Shown here one piece after another: positions 7,894-16,654 of a stretch of DNA of 61,832 bases. The notes under the pieces were generated by a model that saw only the letters and a program-made list of their open reading frames with translations, was not told where the DNA came from and made no database searches. A program made the position numbers and the translations under genes. Location: the NCBI GenBank assembly GCA_009699015.1, contig WLOY01000004.1, positions 1 to 61,832 of the forward strand, written 5' to 3'. The stretch is from Actinomycetota bacterium. GTDB lineage: Bacteria > Actinomycetota > Actinomycetes > S36-B12. How positions within the stretch are numbered: position 1 is the stretch's first letter; each line of letters starts with the position of its first letter.

Positions 7894-9417
7894 ATGCCCA
7901 CCTACCTATCGCCTGGCGTCTACGTCGAGGAGGTGCCTGCTGCGACGCGGCCGATTGCTGGCGTCGGCACCGCCGTTGCCGGCTTTGTCGGATTCGCATC
8001 GGACGGCCCCTTCCATGAGCCGGTGCTCGTCACGAACTGGACCCAGTTCACGAACACCTTCGGAGACATGACCGAGCGGTACTCCTTGGGCAAAGCGATC
8101 TACGGATTCTTCAACAATGGCGGTGGTCGGGCGTACGTCGTGCGGGTCCCCACCGGTGCTGACGGCGCGAGCGCCGCAGTGGCGGAACTCGCCACGAAGG
8201 CCGACAAGAAGGTCCCGGCCCTCCGGGTCGAGGCCATCGACTCAGGCGCCTCCAACGTCTCGGTGAAGGTTTCGTCCGCCCCACCCGAGGGTGACGAGGC
8301 CCAGTTCACGATCACCGTCAGTGCCGACTCGGTCGAGGAATCGTTCACCGGCACCCTCGGCAAGGGCCGAAGCAACCTCGCCACGCAAGTGAACGCCAAG
8401 TCCAAGCTCGTGAAGATCGAGGCCCTCGATGCACCGGCCGCCCTCGTCGCTTCCGGCCTTCAGGAGTCGACCGTCGCGCTCGTCAAGCCTGCAAGCCTTC
8501 CGGCCGCCTCGGTCGAGCCGGGTGAGCTCATCGGTGATTCATCGCGCCGCACCGGCTTCACCAGCTTCGAGACCCTAGAAGAGATCACGATGATCCTCGC
8601 GCCCGATGTCGTGACCGCGCATGCGCAGGGAGTCATCGATCTCGAGGCGGTCAAGGCCATTCAGACCGGCATGCTCAACCACTGCGAGCTCATGGGCAAC
8701 CGCATGGCGATCCTTGACACACCGACCGGGCTCAATGCCCAACAGGCATCCGACTGGCGCATGAACACGACCAACTTCGACTCGAAGTTCGGCGTTATGT
8801 ACTGGCCCTGGGTTCAGGTGTTCGATCCGTCGCTCGGCAAGAACGCATCGCTGCCGCCTAGCGGCGCGCTTGCGGGCGTCTGGAGCCGCAACGACGATAC
8901 GCGCGGCGTGTTCAAGGCGCCCGCCAACGAGGTTCTCCTCGGGGCAGTGGGCGTCGATTACGCGGTGACCCGCGGCGAGATGGACATGCTCAACCCGATG
9001 GGCGTGAACTCCATCAAGTCCTTCCCCGGACGAGGCATCCGAGTGTGGGGCGCTCGTACGCTCTCGAGCGATGCCGAGTGGCGCTACGTGAACGTGCGCC
9101 GTTACTTCAATTACCTCGAGGAGTCAATCCTGCAGGGCACGCAGTGGTGCGTGTTCGAGCCGAACGATGAGCGGCTTTGGGGCCGTATCCGCCGCACGAT
9201 CTCCGCGTTCCTGGTGAACGAGTGGCGTTCAGGGGCCCTGTTCGGCGCGAGCCCACAGCAGGCCTACTTCGTGAAGTGCGATGGTGAGAACAACACCGCC
9301 GAGAGCATTGACCTCGGCATGGTCATCGTCGAGGTCGGTGTCGCCCCGGTGAAGCCGGCGGAGTTCGTTATCTTCCGCCTGTCGCAGTTCTCCGGCGGCA
9401 CGTCCATCGCCGACTGA
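7894..9417 (+). CDS. Contractile tail sheath protein (Afp2/Cis2-like)
   Basis: MPTYLSPGVYVEEVP N-terminus and the C-terminal GVNSIK..PGRGIRVWGARTL motif are classic for phage/CIS sheath proteins. SD GAAGGGA lies upstream. Confidence 0.95.
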   Translation: MPTYLSPGVYVEEVPAATRPIAGVGTAVAGFVGFASDGPFHEPVLVTNWTQFTNTFGDMTERYSLGKAIYGFFNNGGGRAYVVRVPTGADGASAAVAELATKADKKVPALRVEAIDSGASNVSVKVSSAPPEGDEAQFTITVSADSVEESFTGTLGKGRSNLATQVNAKSKLVKIEALDAPAALVASGLQESTVALVKPASLPAASVEPGELIGDSSRRTGFTSFETLEEITMILAPDVVTAHAQGVIDLEAVKAIQTGMLNHCELMGNRMAILDTPTGLNAQQASDWRMNTTNFDSKFGVMYWPWVQVFDPSLGKNASLPPSGALAGVWSRNDDTRGVFKAPANEVLLGAVGVDYAVTRGEMDMLNPMGVNSIKSFPGRGIRVWGARTLSSDAEWRYVNVRRYFNYLEESILQGTQWCVFEPNDERLWGRIRRTISAFLVNEWRSGALFGASPQQAYFVKCDGENNTAESIDLGMVIVEVGVAPVKPAEFVIFRLSQFSGGTSIAD

Positions 9418-9465
9418 TTCATCGCTCACGATTCGTTCGTCCACTAGCAGGCAAGGAGATCGGTC

Positions 9466-9909
9466 ATGGCACTCTCGGATGGTGAGGTCCTCACCTCGTA
9501 TTCGTTCCAGTTCTCCATCGACGGGGAGAATATCCCCAACGTCGTTGAGGTGAACAACATTCAGCAGCAGACCTCGACGATCGAGACGAAGTCGATGACT
9601 CCGGGCGGCCAGTACGTCATTCAGCAGATGCTCGGCCCGCGGCAGTCGGGGACCCTGCAGGTGACGGTGCTCGCCTCGGGCAACTCGGCGGTGACGCAGT
9701 GGTTCCTGGCGGGTCTCGGGGGCGACTTCAAGGGCGCTCGCAAGACTGCCCAACTCGTCTACCTCGATACGTATGGGGCACCGGTGCAGACCGTCGAGTT
9801 CCAGAACGTCATGGTCACCGGCGTTTCCTACGGCGCACTGAAGGCCGGTGAGGCGCAGGGCATCAACATGACGCTCAGCATGACCTTCACGGACATGACC
9901 ATCGGATGA
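9466..9909 (+). CDS. Tail tube protein (gp19/Afp1/Cis1-like)
   Basis: 147-aa ORF directly after the sheath gene. YSFQFSIDGENI...VEVNNI is the typical opening of the phage tail region/tube family. Confidence 0.85.
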   Translation: MALSDGEVLTSYSFQFSIDGENIPNVVEVNNIQQQTSTIETKSMTPGGQYVIQQMLGPRQSGTLQVTVLASGNSAVTQWFLAGLGGDFKGARKTAQLVYLDTYGAPVQTVEFQNVMVTGVSYGALKAGEAQGINMTLSMTFTDMTIG

Positions 9910-9952
9910 CCCTTGCTGGGAGCGCAGCAGTGGGCCTGAATCGGACAGCCAG

Positions 9953-10330
9953 ATGACCTCACTGCAGACAACCTTCGAGTTTGTCCTCCCCCGGGGCTTT
10001 GTCGACCGTGAGGGGAACGTGCACCGCGAAGGGACCATGCGGCTCGCGACGGCTCGAGATGAGTTGATGCCGCTCCTCGATCCGAAGGTCAAAGAGCATG
10101 AGGCGTTCATGACCCTTGTGCTCCTCGCCAGGGTCGTAACGAGGCTTGGAACCCTCCCCGTCGTCGACGATCAGGTCATCGGCGGGATGTGGGCGACTGA
10201 TCTCGCATTTCTTCAGGACCTCTACCGGCGCATCAATACCGAGGGCACGACCATGGCCGAGGTCATCTGCCCGCACTGCGGTGAGACCGTCATGGTCGAC
10301 GTGGGCGGTGGTGGTGCGCTGGGGGAATAG
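9953..10330 (+). CDS. Tail assembly chaperone-like protein with a C-terminal CxxC zinc-ribbon half-site
   Basis: 125-aa ORF between the tube gene and the tape-measure-position gene (the canonical chaperone position). It ends ...CPHCGETVMVDVGGGGALGE, with stop TAG at 10328-10330. Confidence 0.55.
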   Translation: MTSLQTTFEFVLPRGFVDREGNVHREGTMRLATARDELMPLLDPKVKEHEAFMTLVLLARVVTRLGTLPVVDDQVIGGMWATDLAFLQDLYRRINTEGTTMAEVICPHCGETVMVDVGGGGALGE

Positions 10331-10473
10331 CGACGGTCGGGACCGACCGCCTCTGGGAGGAGATCGGGTTTCTGGCCTACTACCTGCACTGGTCGCTCGA
10401 TGATCTCCTCGACATGACTCACGAGGTGCGTCAGCGAATGGCACGCATGGTGTCGGATTTCAACCAATCATGA
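10321..10473 (+). CDS. Start-less -1 frame extension ORF (small conserved CIS protein, DUF6760-like by recollection); candidate frameshift product with the upstream chaperone-like gene
   Basis: Frame 1 is open from 10285 to TGA 10471-10473 and encodes ..TVGTDRLWEEIGFLAYYLHWSLDDLLDMTHEVRQRMARMVSDFNQS with G/C-ending codons. There is no ATG/GTG/TTG before the internal ATG at 10414. The overlap with upstream frame 2 falls at CTG GGG GAA TAG (G5 run, 10321-10325). Confidence 0.5.
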   Translation, partial: GGIATVGTDRLWEEIGFLAYYLHWSLDDLLDMTHEVRQRMARMVSDFNQS

Positions 10474-10488
10474 TCGGAGGGTGAGCAG

Positions 10489-12819
10489 GTGGGTGCGATC
10501 GACCGGCTGCGCAGCCTCGCGCGAAGCGCATCTGGCCTCGGCGGTACTGAACAGGGTGCACCGGATCCTGGCGCGTTGTCAGGCAGCATTGGCGAGCAAC
10601 GCGGTGACTTCATGATGCTTCCGCCCCTCGGCCAGACGTTTGGAGCGATGGCGCGCCTCCAGCATCCAATCACCGATTTCCTCGTCACCCATCGCGCTAC
10701 CGCATTAACGAATGAGCCGCTCACGCATGGTGCGGATTCCGGTCCGATGGGGTTGATCGCGGCTCGCGCCCAGCGCCGGCCACGTCGATCTTCCACCCGG
10801 AGTTCGCGTGACGCACTTATGCATCGAACGCGCGACGACGACGGAATCATGTTCGATGAAGCGGGTGAGGAGCAGGTCGAATTCTCGCTGCCACCGCGGC
10901 CTGCGCCGCGACGTCTCGCAGCCACGGCCAAGCCTGCCCCTGTCCGACCGCCTGCGCAGCCGTCGGCGGGGGGATCGCCCTCCGCACCTCTCGAGTCGGC
11001 GCCGTCACTGGCCACTCCCCTCATGCCCTCCCGCGCGGAGGTCGGCAGGGCTGTCAGGGGTCCGGTCGTGCGCCCGGCGGTGGGACGCACAGCCGAGGGT
11101 CCAGAAGTGCTCGTCGGCAACGTCATCGAGCCCCGGCAGCAGGTCGACTTCGTCGCACCGCAGATGCCGCCCTCGACTCTCGCTTCCGCTCCCGACTCTG
11201 CTCCCGTCCTGCGCCGGCGTGCCTCACGTGGCCGGATCAATGCGCCGATCGAGCCGGTCGATCCGGATGCCGCCCTCATTGAGCAGGCACTCGCTGACTT
11301 CGTCGGTACCGCCGGTGACGAAGCTAACCGCGACGCACCCTATGCCGGGGGCGTCGAGTCGGCCTCGGCATTGCTCGGCGTGGCCAGGGTTCGCGGCGCA
11401 GCCGTGCCCGAGGCAGCGCCTTCGTCGGCTTCGGAGTCGGGGCCGGCTGGAACTGGGGGAGTACCGCCACCTTCATCGCCGGGCAGGACCACGACCGCTC
11501 GGCCGATGCCGTCCACCCCGCCAGCCGACTCGGTCGCGTCTGCGATCGGCCCCATGTCGGGTCGGGAGGGCACGGCAGCCCAACCGCTCGCAGTGAGCCC
11601 GCGAGCCGACTCGGTCGCGTCTGCGATCGTCCCGGTGGCGGGTCGGGAGGGCACGGTAGCCCAACCGCTCGCAGTGAGCCCGCGAGCCGACTCGGTCGCG
11701 TCTGCGATCGGCCCCATGTCGGGTCGGGAGGGCACGGTAGCCCAACCGCTCGCAGTGAGCCCGCCAGCCGACTCGGTCGCGTCTGCGACTGACCCCACGC
11801 AGCGCGGAGTGACCCGCGCAATCCCGCTCGATGTGCCGGCGCCCCGATCGAGCGGCGTCGTCGCGCCCGTTCGGACGGGGGCTACGCGGCCGACCCTCGG
11901 GTCGCGACCATCGCTGGTGTCGGCTGGAGCCACCGGGATCCAGCGCCGGGCGCGGGATAAGCCCGGGGGAATGCGCGCCGCGACCCCGACCGGTCCTCGG
12001 GCCACGACGCCGGGTGCCGGCTCCCTGTCGGCTGGCCCCGCCGAACGCCCGGCGTCGGGCGGGTCCCGCAGCATCGCGGTTCCCGAACAGGTGCGCCAAG
12101 CGGTCCGTGACTCCGTTGGAACGGCGCCCTCGCACGTAACTGTCCATGAAGGGGGCAGGGCCGAGGCTCTCACCCGGTCGGTAAATGCTGAGGCGTTCAC
12201 CCGAGATGGTGAAATCTTCCTCGCTGCCGATGCGCCGCTTGACAGCATGCGCGGGCAGCAGCTACTCGCCCATGAGCTCACCCATGTGGTGCAGCAGAGG
12301 GCCGGCACTGAGCAGATGCCGGCGGAGCACACTCGCGCGGGGCAGGACTTGGAAGCGGGCGCTCGCCGCGCCGAGGGCCGCCTGGAGTCCCGGCAAGAGG
12401 ACCATTCGACACTGCATCACCGAGGCAGTGTCGCCAATGCGCCAGCTGTTCCGCAGTTGGTTGCTGGCGATGGCGTGCAGCGCAGCGCTCGCACTGCGAG
12501 CCAGCCAGTTGGAAGCCCGGCACCGATCGACTCCTCGCCGGCTCTGAGCCGAGGCGGACCCCAGCCGATGAACTTCCTTGACGACAATTGGCGCATTGAG
12601 GTCGGGCAGCGCCCCGATGGCATGCCGACGAGTTCGATGAGCCAATCCGAGGTCGCGCTGTCGAGTGCCCCGCCGATCACGAAGGACGGCAAGTCCGGGA
12701 GGCTCCGAGATCTTGAGCGGCAGGCGCATGAGCTCTACCCATTGATTCGCCAGCGGCTGCGCGCCGAGCTCGTGCGCGACAAGGAGCGACGAGGTCGCAT
12801 GTCCAGAGAGTGGGGCTAG
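10489..12819 (+). CDS. DUF4157-domain protein in the tape-measure position (Pro/Ala/Ser-rich, with an HExxH-like motif)
   Basis: GTG start 7 nt after SD GGAGGG. VNAEAFTRDGEIFLAADAPL...LLAHELTHVVQQ is the DUF4157 signature. Long low-complexity regions and 81-bp in-frame repeats are present. The gene follows the chaperone pair as a tape measure would. Confidence 0.75.
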   Translation: MGAIDRLRSLARSASGLGGTEQGAPDPGALSGSIGEQRGDFMMLPPLGQTFGAMARLQHPITDFLVTHRATALTNEPLTHGADSGPMGLIAARAQRRPRRSSTRSSRDALMHRTRDDDGIMFDEAGEEQVEFSLPPRPAPRRLAATAKPAPVRPPAQPSAGGSPSAPLESAPSLATPLMPSRAEVGRAVRGPVVRPAVGRTAEGPEVLVGNVIEPRQQVDFVAPQMPPSTLASAPDSAPVLRRRASRGRINAPIEPVDPDAALIEQALADFVGTAGDEANRDAPYAGGVESASALLGVARVRGAAVPEAAPSSASESGPAGTGGVPPPSSPGRTTTARPMPSTPPADSVASAIGPMSGREGTAAQPLAVSPRADSVASAIVPVAGREGTVAQPLAVSPRADSVASAIGPMSGREGTVAQPLAVSPPADSVASATDPTQRGVTRAIPLDVPAPRSSGVVAPVRTGATRPTLGSRPSLVSAGATGIQRRARDKPGGMRAATPTGPRATTPGAGSLSAGPAERPASGGSRSIAVPEQVRQAVRDSVGTAPSHVTVHEGGRAEALTRSVNAEAFTRDGEIFLAADAPLDSMRGQQLLAHELTHVVQQRAGTEQMPAEHTRAGQDLEAGARRAEGRLESRQEDHSTLHHRGSVANAPAVPQLVAGDGVQRSARTASQPVGSPAPIDSSPALSRGGPQPMNFLDDNWRIEVGQRPDGMPTSSMSQSEVALSSAPPITKDGKSGRLRDLERQAHELYPLIRQRLRAELVRDKERRGRMSREWG
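11524..11790 (+). repeat. 81-bp tandem repeat, about 3.3 copies, in frame (27-aa unit ADSVASAIGPMSGREGTVAQPLAVSPR)
   Basis: Unit starts at 11524, 11605, 11686 and 11767 (exact 81-nt period). The copies are nearly identical at the DNA level. Confidence 0.95.
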
Positions 12820-12822
12820 CAC

Positions 12823-14418
12823 ATGCTCGGAAACTCCGATGTCAGCTCCCTTGGCGGATTCGGCAGCACGAAGTACGACGCCGGATACCCAGCCGGCTAC
12901 TTCCTAGGCTTCACGCTGTCGGTCGATGCCGTCGCCGATACCAGCCTGGGCGGCGGCTGGCAGTCGTTGTCGCTCGGCTCAATGACCATGAACACGAACG
13001 ACCTCCCAGCGGGCGGTTACCGGAGGACTACCTTCCGCGAGATCGAGCGCATCTCGTACGGAGAGGTGTCATTGAGCCGACCTTGGGTTCCCGGAACGAG
13101 CGCGCACATCACCGAGTGGTTCGCCAAAGCCAACAAGCACGGGCCGACGTCGGTCGCGGTTACCGTGGAGATGCCGAGCCAGTCGAGGGGCGCCGATCTA
13201 GTTCCGGCATCCATAAAGTCGCTCCTGTCGTTCGCGGGACTCTCGGGCGACATTGGCGGGCAGAAGTTCAACATCGTCTTCCGCAACTGCCTTCCGCATA
13301 CCTGGAATGCCCCAAGCCTTCAGGCGGGCGTGGTGAATTCGTTCTCGGGCGGCAAGATGGAGCCGACAACCATCGAGAGCCTCACCTTCTCGTTCTCCGG
13401 CTACTCCGTTGAGTCCATGGGTGGCGCCAAGCCGATGGTCGACTCGTCGATCACGAACGAGGAGAGGGTCGAGCCCTGCAAGTTGGTCATCATCCCGAAC
13501 ACTGGCAGCGTCACGCGCAAGCTGCTCGCGAAGGTGAGCTCGTGGACCGTAGGTCAGTCGATGATGGGCAACATCCTCGGCGCCGGTTCCGCGAGCGCGG
13601 CCGCGACGAAGATGATCGCTGGCATGGCCTCGGAGTACGACGCCATTGAGTTCTACCTACCACCGGCATCCATGCAGATTCATAAGGGCGCGAGCTGGGC
13701 CCAGTCCTCCTCGCCACGATCATCACAGGCTGGCCCGGTGAGCTGGATGGGCACCCAGCCGCTTGGTATTTCCTTCGAGTTCCTCATGAAGACGAACAAG
13801 ATCGACCCCATGTCGTCTGGCGGACAGTCGTCCGGCGGGGGACTATTCGGGGCACTCGCTGGTGCGGGCGGGCATGGTGGAGGCGCGCTGGGCCACGGCA
13901 AGCCTCGTCAGGTCATGGACGACCTCAAGAAGCTCATCATGCTCTGCGAGAACTACAGTGGCGGCTCGCTCTTCTCGAGCAGCTCATCGCCGCCGCTCGT
14001 CATGCTCTTCTGGGGTGAGTTTGTCTCGCCCCTTTCGTACGTCTCCTACCTCTCAGCGAATATCGTGCGGTTCGAAGCTGATGGCTCGCCGTCGAAGGCT
14101 GTGGGCTCGATTTCCCTCAGCCAGTATCCGGAGAGCGCAGGGAGCACCAACCCGACCTCGGGAGGTCTCGCCCCGGAAATGGCCGACACTCTTCTTGAGG
14201 GTGACACGCTCGCGCACCTGGCCTATCGCACGTATCAGGAGCCGAACCGCTGGCGGGATATCGCAGAGCACAACGGCATCGATGACCCGCTTCGGATGCG
14301 CATCGGCCGAAAGGTGCTGCTCCCGTCCCCGGATTACCTGCCCTTCCGCACTGAGGGGGGCACTGTTATGAGCATCGATGAGGACGACAGCTTCTCCGGT
14401 GTGCTCGAGGATTACTGA
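12823..14418 (+). CDS. Tube-initiator/baseplate hub-like protein with a C-terminal LysM-like domain (Afp7/Pvc7-type position)
   Basis: The C-terminus LAHLAYRTYQEPNRWRDIAEHNGIDDPLRMRIGRKVLLP is LysM-like. A Gly-rich linker is present. ATG lies 4 nt after the previous stop, and a TGATG overlap links it to the spike gene. Confidence 0.65.
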   Translation: MLGNSDVSSLGGFGSTKYDAGYPAGYFLGFTLSVDAVADTSLGGGWQSLSLGSMTMNTNDLPAGGYRRTTFREIERISYGEVSLSRPWVPGTSAHITEWFAKANKHGPTSVAVTVEMPSQSRGADLVPASIKSLLSFAGLSGDIGGQKFNIVFRNCLPHTWNAPSLQAGVVNSFSGGKMEPTTIESLTFSFSGYSVESMGGAKPMVDSSITNEERVEPCKLVIIPNTGSVTRKLLAKVSSWTVGQSMMGNILGAGSASAAATKMIAGMASEYDAIEFYLPPASMQIHKGASWAQSSSPRSSQAGPVSWMGTQPLGISFEFLMKTNKIDPMSSGGQSSGGGLFGALAGAGGHGGGALGHGKPRQVMDDLKKLIMLCENYSGGSLFSSSSSPPLVMLFWGEFVSPLSYVSYLSANIVRFEADGSPSKAVGSISLSQYPESAGSTNPTSGGLAPEMADTLLEGDTLAHLAYRTYQEPNRWRDIAEHNGIDDPLRMRIGRKVLLPSPDYLPFRTEGGTVMSIDEDDSFSGVLEDY

Positions 14419-16241
14419 TGGCATTCGCTTACGACCTGTCGTCGTCGACCCTTCAGGTCCTCGAAGATCGCACGCGACTGAAGGATTCGCTCCAGAACCG
14501 GGTGAGCCGCATCAACGTTGAGGCGGCCTACGGGATGCCGCGACTTTGCGAGATTGAGGCGATGCCACCCTTTCCCGTGGGCTCTGTTGGCGACACCATC
14601 TCGATCTTCGCCTATGCCCCGGGGAATCTCACGGGCGACATTGTCTTCCGCGGCATCGTCAAGAGCCGCGAAATCAGGATGGACGCCGCATTCGGTTCTC
14701 GCTACGTCATCCGGGCCTACGATGGCGCCTACGACATGACCGCGGCGACGAAGACCCGTGGGTTCAAAGACATGACCTACGGCGAGGTCGTGAAGCAGAT
14801 TGCCAAGTCCTACGGACTCGACCCGCTGTTCGGCAGCAAGATTCTCACCAATGGCGTGAAGCACAAGTTCATCGTGCAGGCGAATGAGACCGACTGGGAT
14901 TTCGTCAACCGCCTCGCGCGCGAGCTAGGGTTCGTCGCGTACGTGAAGGTCTGGACGGTTCTCACGCGCGGCACGACCGCGCTGTACTTCGGTCCGGTCG
15001 AGGTCGCGAAGACACCACCGTCGACGACCTCGTTCGAGGTGGGCGACATTCGCGTCCTCAGCTACCGCGGCATCCTCACGAACTCTGGGACCCCCAGGGA
15101 GGTCTCGGTGCCGGGCTGGAATGACGCCAAGGGATCGGCGGCCTCCGGTCAAAAGTCGCTCTCCTCGAAGTTACGACGGACGATGAAGGACCAGAGCAGT
15201 GGCGGTAGGTTCGTAACGTCCGCGAAGGCCGGTCGAAAGACCTCTCTCGAGACCTTTGCCGGGAGCAAGCCCCAAGCGGATCGAGCCGCGCTCGGCGCTG
15301 CCGTTCGGGAGTCAGGGGCGACCGTAGACCTCGACATGAGGGTCAGGGGAAATCCGCTCATCGACATCAACAAGTCGATCAAGATCGACGATGATGCCAA
15401 CGGCCCGCTGCGCGGTGCCCAGGTCGTCAGCGCGGTCATGCATGTCTACGAACCTGATCTCGACGGATACACGACATCCATATTCTGCACGGGCTTGGAG
15501 GATCGGTCGTTGGGCGGGCTCCATGGGAGTGGCACGCCGCCGCCGAGGTTCCACGGCGTATACCCCGCCATCGTCAACGACATCAATGATCCCGAGAAGA
15601 AAGGCCGAGTGAATCTCACCCTGCCGTGGCTCGATTCGACCTTCGTCACCGGCTGGGCCAGGGTCCTGCAGCTCGGTGCCGGAGCCGGCGTGGGCCTGCA
15701 ACTCATGCCGCGCCCGAAGGACGAGGTCATCGTTGCCTTCGAGAATGGGCAGCTCGATTCGCCGTATGTGCTCGGCGGCGTGTACGGGGCCAAGGCTGGC
15801 AAGATCCAGAACACCGACCTCGTCCGGGATGGGGTGCCCGTCAAGGCAGCCCTCACGACCAAGGCGGGGCACCAGATCATTTTCGACGACACCTCGGAAA
15901 AGTCGAGCATCACCATCCACACGACTAACGGCAACTCGTGCTCCATCGTCATGGATGCGAAGAAGGGCATCACGATCGAGACCAAGGGCGACCGCCCCGT
16001 CACGATCAACAGTTCCGCCGATGTCAACGTCACGGCCAAGAAGAACGCGAAGGTCACGGGCCAGGACGTGACCGTCGATGCGAAGGGCAAGACGAAGATC
16101 AATGCAAATGGGTCCGTGACGGTTTCGGGGGCGAGCGTCACCGTGGATGCTTCGTCATCGCTGAAGATGAAGGGCGCGGTCGTCAACGTGGAGGCCTCCG
16201 GGATCCTCACCCTCAAGGGATCGGTGGTGAAGATCAACTAA
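14418..16241 (+). CDS. VgrG-like spike (gpD + gpV/gp5 OB-fold + C-terminal beta-helix)
   Basis: FHGVYPAIVNDINDPEKKGRVNLTLPWLD...DEVIVAFENGQLDSPYVLGGVY is gpV/gp5-like. The C-terminal repeats (ITIETKGDRPVTINSSADVNVTAKKNAKVTGQDVTVDAKGK...) indicate a beta-helix needle. Confidence 0.85.
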   Translation: MAFAYDLSSSTLQVLEDRTRLKDSLQNRVSRINVEAAYGMPRLCEIEAMPPFPVGSVGDTISIFAYAPGNLTGDIVFRGIVKSREIRMDAAFGSRYVIRAYDGAYDMTAATKTRGFKDMTYGEVVKQIAKSYGLDPLFGSKILTNGVKHKFIVQANETDWDFVNRLARELGFVAYVKVWTVLTRGTTALYFGPVEVAKTPPSTTSFEVGDIRVLSYRGILTNSGTPREVSVPGWNDAKGSAASGQKSLSSKLRRTMKDQSSGGRFVTSAKAGRKTSLETFAGSKPQADRAALGAAVRESGATVDLDMRVRGNPLIDINKSIKIDDDANGPLRGAQVVSAVMHVYEPDLDGYTTSIFCTGLEDRSLGGLHGSGTPPPRFHGVYPAIVNDINDPEKKGRVNLTLPWLDSTFVTGWARVLQLGAGAGVGLQLMPRPKDEVIVAFENGQLDSPYVLGGVYGAKAGKIQNTDLVRDGVPVKAALTTKAGHQIIFDDTSEKSSITIHTTNGNSCSIVMDAKKGITIETKGDRPVTINSSADVNVTAKKNAKVTGQDVTVDAKGKTKINANGSVTVSGASVTVDASSSLKMKGAVVNVEASGILTLKGSVVKIN

Positions 16242-16654
16242 TGGTCTCGAATCTCGACTCGGCGTTCACCGGCCGAGGCCTTGCGTACCCACTCGCGGTG
16301 AACTCCCAAGGAGGCATCCGTCTCGTCAATGGAGTCGAGAACGTCGAGCGAGCCATGCGCCTGATCCTCGGTACCGCCTATGGCGAGCGGCCGATGCGCC
16401 CGGAGTTCGGCTGTTCGATTCACGACATGCTCTTCGAGCCCGGCACGATGGATCTTCTCACGCGCGTCCAGATCGAGGTCCACGATTCACTCCTGCGCTG
16501 GGAGCCTCGCATCGACATCCTCGAGGTGATCGCAGTATTCGACGGGGATCCGACCCGCGTGCTCATCACCATCAACTACCGTCTCAAGGGCACGTATGAC
16601 CCCCGCAACCTGCTCGTCCCCTTCTACGTCATCCCCACCGAGGAGGCGCCATGA
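16241..16654 (+). CDS. gp25/GPW-like baseplate wedge protein
   Basis: ATG at 16241 overlaps the spike stop (TAATG). GRGLAYPL...IRLILGTAYGERPMRPEFGCSIHDMLFEP is the GPW_gp25 signature. The upstream part of the 15938 ORF is out-of-frame overlap. Confidence 0.85.
   Translation: MVSNLDSAFTGRGLAYPLAVNSQGGIRLVNGVENVERAMRLILGTAYGERPMRPEFGCSIHDMLFEPGTMDLLTRVQIEVHDSLLRWEPRIDILEVIAVFDGDPTRVLITINYRLKGTYDPRNLLVPFYVIPTEEAP

Noticed and set aside
10319-10330. Canonical X XXY YYZ slippery heptamer at the chaperone stop.
   Set aside because: G GGG GAA is not a strict X XXY YYZ heptamer, because the A-site re-pairing is only near-cognate. The frameshift is therefore reported as a hypothesis. A homopolymer sequencing error or non-canonical initiation (ATA at 10327, ACG at 10333) are explicit alternatives.
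11524-11790. Regularly spaced repeats as a possible CRISPR array.
   Set aside because: The units are contiguous (81-nt period, no spacers) and in frame within a long ORF. No cas genes are present in the window.
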